This document shows positions 26,044 to 32,342 of a stretch of DNA of 32,342 bases, in pieces (within the stretch, counting starts at the first letter, position 1; each line of letters begins with the position of its first letter). The DNA comes from Candidatus Micrarchaeota archaeon (GTDB lineage: Archaea; Micrarchaeota; Micrarchaeia; Micrarchaeales; Micrarchaeaceae). The stretch spans positions 1 through 32,342 of the forward strand of contig JAGWFU010000001.1 of assembly GCA_028867845.1 (NCBI GenBank), read 5' to 3'. The notes beneath the pieces are model-generated. The model saw only the letters and a program-made list of their open reading frames with translations. It did no database searches and had not been told where the DNA came from. The position numbers and the translations under genes are program-made.

Positions 26044-26293
26044 AGTCCTTTGCGCCCTTCCCCTCTGGGAAGAAGCGGCCGTTCTGGGTCTCTACAGGAA
26101 GACCAAGCTCGTTTGCGATCCTCTTCAGCTCGCTCATGTCTATCACCCGGTCGAGGTAAAGCTCCACGAACTCCTCCTGCCCCGCCCTGATGCGCTTGAC
26201 GTTGAATATCTGGAACTGCAGCATGCCCGCACGCTTGACCTTTATCCTTATGCTGCCTTCCTTCACTATCCGCCTTGCCTCATCGCTCAACAT
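26030..26293 (-). CDS. Hypothetical protein (87 aa)
   Basis: ATG 26293 (MLSDEARR) preceded by a GAGG SD-like motif; divergent from nuoH. Confidence 0.7.
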   Translation of the reverse strand: MLSDEARRIVKEGSIRIKVKRAGMLQFQIFNVKRIRAGQEEFVELYLDRVIDMSELKRIANELGLPVETQNGRFFPEGKGAKDFIEA

Positions 26294-26348
26294 CAAATCC
26301 CTCAATGATAGATTTATTAATGACAGATAGTATTTATATTCGATTCAG

Positions 26349-27389
26349 ATGGACATCAGCTCGCCCTTCATAAGCACCTACTACTCGATGGTCCATTCGT
26401 ATCTCTCGCAGTACCTCGCAGCCGCGCAGCTCGCAGCCGCGTCGGTCATAGCGGGACTGGTGGTCTTCCTCATCGCGCTCTCGATAATCATAATCGGCTT
26501 CTCATACATCTTCGCATGGCTTGAGAGGAAGATAGTGGCAAGGGCGCACGGAAGGCACGGGCCCACATACGTGGGGCCCTTCGGCTTCCTCCAGAACATA
26601 GCCGACTTCATCAAGCTGCTGTCGAAGGAGAGCATAGTCCCCTACAGCGCAGAGAGACCGCTCTTCCCGATGATGCTGCCGATCATGTTCGCCCTGTTCG
26701 TGGTGATAATGGCGTTCATCCCGCTCACAAGCGCGTTCGTTGGGATAAACACCAGCCTCGGCCTGCTCGCGGTGTTCATACTCCTCTCGTTCAGCCCGCT
26801 CTTGATGTTCCTGATCGGCTGGACCAGCGGCAACAAGTTCTCGTCTATAAGCGCGCAGAGGTCTGTGGTGATACTCGTCAGCTACGAGATACCTATGTTC
26901 CTGGTCGTGCTCGCGGTGGCGATGCTTGCGGGGAGCTTCAGCTTCAGCTCGATAGTCAACTTCCAGTCAAGCGGCTGGTTCTTGCTCATGATGCCGATAG
27001 GCATAGTAGTGTTCTTCATAGTGCTGCTCGCCGAGCTGGAGAGGCCGCCGTTCGACCTCAGGGACGCGGACAGCGAGCTGATAGCCGGCTGGCTCGTGGA
27101 GGTGAGCGCGCCCTACTACCTGATCTCGCTGATGCTGGACTACACAAGGGTGCTCGTAGGCTCCCTGCTAGTCTCCATACTGTTCCTCGGCGGGTGGCTT
27201 GGCCCCGCCCCGATTCCACCCTTTGTTTGGCTTATGCTCAAGGTGGCGCTGCTCACGATATTCATAATGGTGATAAGGGCAACAACGGTGAGGATGAGGA
27301 TGGACAGGGTGCTCAGGCTGGGCTGGGCATACCTGATGCCCCTGGCCGTAGCTAACCTATTAATTACCTTCATGTTATTCATTAGATAG
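26349..27389 (+). CDS. nuoH: Complex I-like oxidoreductase subunit H
   Basis: WLERK..AR...R.GP..VGPFG.LQ.IAD.IKLLSKE; GW.S.NKFS; SYEIP; AELERPPFDL..ADSELIAG. Confidence 0.95.
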   Translation: MDISSPFISTYYSMVHSYLSQYLAAAQLAAASVIAGLVVFLIALSIIIIGFSYIFAWLERKIVARAHGRHGPTYVGPFGFLQNIADFIKLLSKESIVPYSAERPLFPMMLPIMFALFVVIMAFIPLTSAFVGINTSLGLLAVFILLSFSPLLMFLIGWTSGNKFSSISAQRSVVILVSYEIPMFLVVLAVAMLAGSFSFSSIVNFQSSGWFLLMMPIGIVVFFIVLLAELERPPFDLRDADSELIAGWLVEVSAPYYLISLMLDYTRVLVGSLLVSILFLGGWLGPAPIPPFVWLMLKVALLTIFIMVIRATTVRMRMDRVLRLGWAYLMPLAVANLLITFMLFIR

Positions 27390-27396
27390 TGGTTGG

Positions 27397-27768
27397 ATGG
27401 CGGCGAACCCGGCAAAGCCCATAATCGAGGTGCTCAAGCAGATAGTGAGCAAGCCCTACACCATGGAGTACCCGGAGAACAGGGAGTCACTGACGGACAA
27501 CTACAGGGGGATTGAGAAGCTGGACATGAAGACATGCATAAGCTGCTCGGCCTGCGCCAGGATATGCCCCAACAACACTATCACCATGGTGGACGTGGAC
27601 ACGGACAAGGGCACAAAGGTGATGCCGGAGATAAACATCGAGCGGTGCCTCTTCTGCGGCCTATGCGAGGAGGTCTGCCCGCCCAAGTGCCTCGTGCTTA
27701 CCAAGAGCTACGACTACGAGAAGTACGACAGAAGGGAGTTCGTTAAGAGACCTGAAGAGCTTGACTGA
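27397..27768 (+). CDS. nuoI: Complex I-like subunit I (2x[4Fe-4S])
   Basis: T.EYP, YRG, CISCSACARICP and CLFCGLCEEVCP. Confidence 0.95.
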   Translation: MAANPAKPIIEVLKQIVSKPYTMEYPENRESLTDNYRGIEKLDMKTCISCSACARICPNNTITMVDVDTDKGTKVMPEINIERCLFCGLCEEVCPPKCLVLTKSYDYEKYDRREFVKRPEELD

Positions 27769-27776
27769 GTGGTGAG

Positions 27777-28256
27777 ATGGATTACGTCCTCTTGTTTGCG
27801 GCAGTAGCAACTCTCGAGGTAATATCCGCAATACTCATATTCGCCTTCAGGAACGTGCTGCACTCGGTGCTCGCGCTCTCGATGACGTTCCTGTTCAACT
27901 CCGTGCTCTTCCTGGCGCTGCAGCAGACCATGCTCGCGCTGATACAGCTGTTCATAATGGTGGGAGGAGTATCGACATACATATTCGTGGGAGTCGCATC
28001 GTCAGGGCTCTCGAAATTCAAGCACACCAGCTTCCTGGCGCTGGCGATAATGGCTCCGATACTGATAGTGGCCTACGCCACCAACCTGTTCTACATAGGG
28101 CAGGGCACCGCTGTGCAGCAGAACGAGCTCTCAGGCCCGATGATAAAGGCATCACTCAGCTCTGACACCGGCACTCTTTACATAATCGCATTCGTCCTTT
28201 TCGCCACAGGCGTATCGTCTATAGTACTGCTCAAGGGGATAGGTGCAAAGAGATGA
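27777..28256 (+). CDS. nuoJ: Complex I-like subunit J
   Basis: RNVLHSVL.L, LALIQLFIMVGGV; position in operon. Confidence 0.88.
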   Translation: MDYVLLFAAVATLEVISAILIFAFRNVLHSVLALSMTFLFNSVLFLALQQTMLALIQLFIMVGGVSTYIFVGVASSGLSKFKHTSFLALAIMAPILIVAYATNLFYIGQGTAVQQNELSGPMIKASLSSDTGTLYIIAFVLFATGVSSIVLLKGIGAKR

Positions 28257-28552
28257 TACTGATATACTTCGTGGCCCTGAGCTTCTCGCTCTTCGCCATA
28301 GGCATAGCCGGCGTCGCAGCCAGCAGGCACTTCCTGATAATGATGCTGTCAGTTGAGGTTGCTATAATAGCAAGCACGCTGCTCGCAACCGTGTTCTTCT
28401 ACTTCACCGGAAGCGGCGACATAGTCACCCTTCTGCTTAGCATGTGGGCAGTGGCATCCATGGAGGTGGTGGCGCTCATAGCCTTCTACAGGTACCTCTC
28501 CGCGAATGAGGTAAGCCTCGACGTGTCAAAGCTCTCAAAACTCAAGAATTGA
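28253..28552 (+). CDS. nuoK: Complex I-like subunit K
   Basis: LFAIGIAG, MMLSVE, VASME (both conserved Glu), FYR; three TM helices. Confidence 0.9.
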   Translation: MILIYFVALSFSLFAIGIAGVAASRHFLIMMLSVEVAIIASTLLATVFFYFTGSGDIVTLLLSMWAVASMEVVALIAFYRYLSANEVSLDVSKLSKLKN

Positions 28553-28556
28553 TAAG

Positions 28557-30335
28557 ATGCTCGCAGCTTTAGTGATACTTCCGATGGTCGTTGGCGCATT
28601 CGTTGCGCTGATACTGGGAAGCCGCAACAGGTACACGCCCTACATAGCCCTCGCCTCCAGCATAATCTCCCTCATAATCGCGGCCTTGATGCTAAACTCG
28701 CCGCAACAGTCGCAGAACGTCGCCTGGTTCACTCTGGGAACCAGCTCATTCGTGCTCAACTTCGCGCTAACTCCGATCCACATGCTGCTCCTGATGATAG
28801 TCGCGGTAATAACGCCGCTGATACTCACGTACTCGATAGGCTTCATGAGGCTACCCAGCGAGCGCAGCAGGTACTACTTCGAGATCCTTCTCTTCGCCTC
28901 ATCCATGATGCTGTTCTCAATCTCTGGAGGTTTCCTCACCCTTTTCATAGGTTGGGAGCTCTTGGGCGTGACTAGCTACCTTCTGATAGGCTTCTGGTAC
29001 GCCAAGGAGCTGGCCCCCACTGCTGCGAGGAAGGCGATAACGACTATACTGATAGGAGACCTGGCGATGTTCGGCGCTATGCTGATGCTCTGGAACTCCT
29101 ACGACTCGTTCAGCTTCGCAGTGATACAGAACGTACAGCACAGCACAGCCTCCACTGTCGCGCTCTCGCTCATACTGGTCGCGGCGTTCACCAAGTCGGC
29201 ACAGTTCCCGTTCAACGAATGGCTCCCAGACGCGATGGAGGGGCCCACTCCGGTCTCTGCGTTCCTCCACTCTTCGACCATGGTCAAGGCTGGAGTATTC
29301 ATGGTGGCGATACTCCTTCCCATATATGCTGGATACGGCATGCTGATGCCGATACTAGCCATAGGCATAATATCGACGGTGATAGGAGCCACCAATGCGC
29401 TCGCCTCGACCCACATAAAGAGGATACTGGCATACTCCACAATTGAGGACCTCGGACTCATGTTCATAGCCCTGGGCCTCAACGCCTTTGGGGCAGCGAT
29501 AATCCTTTTCGTCATGCAGACCTTCTACAAGGCGCTGCTCTTCATGAACGCGGGCGCGATAATGAAGTCCAACAGCACAGAGGAGGTATGGAAGAGCTAC
29601 GAGAGCAGGTCGTACAGGCCGCTCTTCATCTGCGCGGTAATAGGAGCACTCTCGCTCGCAGGCCTGTTCCCTCTCAGCGGGTTCTTCGGGAAGCAGTCTG
29701 TAGAGGGCGCGAGCATGTCCAACATCCCAGTCTACGCCATCCTTGTTGTTGTCCAGCTCATTACAGGGCTGTATATATTCAGGTGGCTGCTGATTCCTGC
29801 AAGGAAGGCGCCCGATAGCCTTGCCCCGAAGGTCAGGGGCGGATTCAAGGCGGTCCCGATGGCGATGAAGCTGCCAATTTATATCCTTGCGGCGTTTGTT
29901 GTGGTCGCATCAGCACTGTACTTATTCGTACCTAGTTACATTGATGCAGTCGTACCGCCAATAAGCCTTCCAGGCGCAGCAGCCGCAACGATACTCGTCA
30001 TTGCAACGCTGCTGGTATCCTACTATGTCTATCTCGGCAAGAGCGCAATCAAGGCGGAACAGTACCTCTCCAGATACAGGAGGCTGGCGATACTGCTCTA
30101 CAACAACGTCTTCATAAACCTGGGATACATCTGGGTGGCAAAGCTGTTCAACGGAATAGCCTACGCGGTCGACAGGTTCGACTACTGGGCTTACGGGAAA
30201 GTAAAGCTAATAGCTGGCTCGCTCAACGGCATCGGGCGTATGCTGTCAAGGATGGAGTCTGGCAACGTAACCACCTACGCAGTGGCGTTCGTGGCTGGGC
30301 TCACAGTGCTGATAATAATATTCGGGCTGTTGTGA
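28557..30335 (+). CDS. nuoL: Complex I-like antiporter subunit L
   Basis: YSIGFM, FIGWELLGVTSYLLIGFWY, KSAQFPF..WLPDAMEGPTPVSAFLHSSTMVKAGVF. Confidence 0.95.
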   Translation: MLAALVILPMVVGAFVALILGSRNRYTPYIALASSIISLIIAALMLNSPQQSQNVAWFTLGTSSFVLNFALTPIHMLLLMIVAVITPLILTYSIGFMRLPSERSRYYFEILLFASSMMLFSISGGFLTLFIGWELLGVTSYLLIGFWYAKELAPTAARKAITTILIGDLAMFGAMLMLWNSYDSFSFAVIQNVQHSTASTVALSLILVAAFTKSAQFPFNEWLPDAMEGPTPVSAFLHSSTMVKAGVFMVAILLPIYAGYGMLMPILAIGIISTVIGATNALASTHIKRILAYSTIEDLGLMFIALGLNAFGAAIILFVMQTFYKALLFMNAGAIMKSNSTEEVWKSYESRSYRPLFICAVIGALSLAGLFPLSGFFGKQSVEGASMSNIPVYAILVVVQLITGLYIFRWLLIPARKAPDSLAPKVRGGFKAVPMAMKLPIYILAAFVVVASALYLFVPSYIDAVVPPISLPGAAAATILVIATLLVSYYVYLGKSAIKAEQYLSRYRRLAILLYNNVFINLGYIWVAKLFNGIAYAVDRFDYWAYGKVKLIAGSLNGIGRMLSRMESGNVTTYAVAFVAGLTVLIIIFGLL

Positions 30336-30339
30336 GAAG

Positions 30340-31749
30340 ATGAACCTGCTACCCATAATGATCCTGGTGCCCGCCATAGCAATGCTGCTAATCGCGCTGC
30401 TAAAGGAGAGGCACAGCAGGCTTATCAGTTGCGCATCTACGCTCATAGTTCTCGCCATCAGCATAGCGCTCCTTGGACTGTCGATAGCCAATGGCAACGT
30501 GAGCTTCTAGCAGCAGTACACTTACATAAGCTCTTTCGGCATAAGCCTTGGGTTCAGCGTGGGAATACTACAGCTGATACTCCTGCTGGTCTCCTCATCT
30601 GTCCTGTTCGCGGCGGCCCTGTCGGGCAACACCGAGGACGAGAAACACAAGCTCTCCAGTTTCCTGGTTGTCCTGTTCCAGCTCGCCTCAGTTGGCCTCT
30701 TCTCATCCGCCAACTTCTTCATGTTCTTCATATTCTGGGACATCGGCGTGCTTGCGATGTTCTTCATGATAAACACTCTCGGCTCGGCCAACAGGAAGTC
30801 CGCATCGATAAACTTCCTGATATACGAGCTGTTCGCCAGCGCGATGCTGCTGCTCGCCATACTGCTGATATACTTCTACACACCGGTGAACTCCTTCGAC
30901 CTCTACTACATAGCCGCTCACGTGGCGCTGATACCGCACGACATACAGCTTGCGGTCTTCGGGCTCCTCTTCTTGGCCTTCATGATAAACATGCCCCTCT
31001 TCCCGGTGCACTTCTGGCTCCCTGACGCGCACACTGAGGCATCCACGCAGGGCTCCATGCTGCTCTCCGGAGTGCTCACCAAGTACGGCGGCTACGGCAT
31101 GCTCCTGCTCTTCACTATCTTCCCCATCTCCGCGGAGTTCTCCAAGCCGGTGGCCATCCTCGCGGCCTTCTCCGCGTTCTACGCAGTGTTCGTGCTGATG
31201 CGGCAGACCGACATAAAGAGGATAATCGCCTACTCGACGATAGTTGAGATGGGCATAATCATGTTCGGGATAAGCGCGGCCAACAATCTCGGCATATATG
31301 GGTCGGCATACGGCATGCTGGCGCACGGCCTCACCGTGGCATTGATGTTCCTTGCGGTGGGGGTCATCAAGCACGTGTTCGGCGAGCGCGACATAAAGGT
31401 GCTGAAGGGAACTGTGATAAACGCCAAGTCAACGACTTACGTATTCCTCATAGGCACGCTCGCGATGATCGGGTTCCCCTTCTCCGCCGGCTTCATAGCA
31501 GACATACTCATATTCCTGGGCGCGATACAGGCATTCGGGGTGTACGGCATAATCCCGTTGGGTGCTATAGTCCTGTTCGGTGCGTATCTCTACTACGTGA
31601 TAAACAGGTCGATGCTATCAGCCAGGCAGGCGTCGTCTACCGTAGCACCGGTGCTTAGCAGGCAGAAGCTGGGATACGCCCTGCTGGTGGCCTTGATATT
31701 CATATTCGGCGCTCTGCCGTTCCTGATACTGAACCTGGTAAAGCTATAG
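30340..31749 (+). CDS. nuoM: Complex I-like antiporter subunit M, interrupted by in-frame TAG at 30508-30510
   Basis: ATG 30340 (MNLLPIMILVP), 4 nt after the nuoL stop, is in frame with the 30559 ORF carrying FPVHFWLPDAHTEA, LLSGVLTKYGGYG, QTDIKRIIAYS and MLAHG. Confidence 0.9.
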
Positions 31750-31757
31750 GCGATAAG

Positions 31758-32342
31758 ATGGAGTACTACCTGATACCGACATATGCCATCCTCGCACTGA
31801 TGCTGGCATACGTGGCGCTCTCCACTCTCTTCACATACAAGAGACGCGGTAAGGCGAGCTTCGTGGTATCGACTGTGGTGATCCTCGCGATAGCGTTGCT
31901 GGCCAGCCTGATGGCCGCGTCGCCGCTCAACTACACGCTCGCCAACACGCTGCACGTCTATCCCTTCTCCATGTTCTTCATAATGCTGTTCTCCATACTC
32001 TCCGTGCTGGTGAACATCCTCTCCTTCAAGTACTCCTCCGACTATCCGGTGTTCTCGCTCCTGTTCAGCTTCCTGTTCGTCGGCATGTTCGTAGTCGCTG
32101 CGGCGAACAACCTCTTCGACATACTACTGGGGCTTGAGATAGTCTCCATACCAGCTGCGTTCATGATACTCCAGAGCGGCAAGAAGCACATAGAAGCTGC
32201 AGTCAAGTTCTTCATACTCAGCGCCATAGCCGTTGCGGTGCTCACATTCGCCCTGGCCCTCATCTTCCCGTACGACCTGCAGATGAGCCTAACCTTCCTC
32301 GCTTCCAACTACCAGATAAGCGGCGGATACATAATCGCACTT
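31758..32342 (+). CDS. nuoN: Complex I-like antiporter subunit N, 3' end outside window
   Basis: Not in the ORF track. Manual translation MEYYLIPTY...ANNLFDILLGLEIVSIP...EAAVKFFILSA. Confidence 0.9.
   Translation, partial: MEYYLIPTYAILALMLAYVALSTLFTYKRRGKASFVVSTVVILAIALLASLMAASPLNYTLANTLHVYPFSMFFIMLFSILSVLVNILSFKYSSDYPVFSLLFSFLFVGMFVVAAANNLFDILLGLEIVSIPAAFMILQSGKKHIEAAVKFFILSAIAVAVLTFALALIFPYDLQMSLTFLASNYQISGGYIIAL

Noticed and set aside
30508..30510. Genome-wide TAG reassignment
   Set aside because: TAG ends several genes at expected positions, for example nuoH (27387-89) and nuoM (31747-49).

Overview
Archaeal chromosomal window, most consistent with a DPANN Candidatus Micrarchaeota genome. 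This is inferred from the archaeal r-proteins, fibrillarin, BRE/TATA promoters, QSAxE-type class III signal peptides and strong ATA/AGG codon use. Housekeeping content: ADP-forming acetate-CoA ligase (beta then alpha), a beta-CASP RNase, eS26, aroA, tetraether lipid synthase Tes, fibrillarin, the L7Ae-eS28-eL24 operon and a nuoHIJKLMN operon running off the right end. The most unusual part is 12.1-19.9 kb. It holds two intact pilin-signal adhesin-like genes with different glycine-rich tips, and a third, broken copy that joins the trunk of one to the C-terminus of the other and is fused head-to-head with a 5'-truncated FKBP gene. Two unexplained structured non-coding elements each follow an adhesin stop codon, and a G9 tract overlaps one start codon. 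Other points: a clean K-turn over the L7Ae ribosome-binding site, an in-frame TAG in nuoM, and a Cys/His-rich tail on Tes. No CRISPR array, rRNA, convincing tRNA or transposase was seen. All assignments are by-eye motif recognition; no searches were run.
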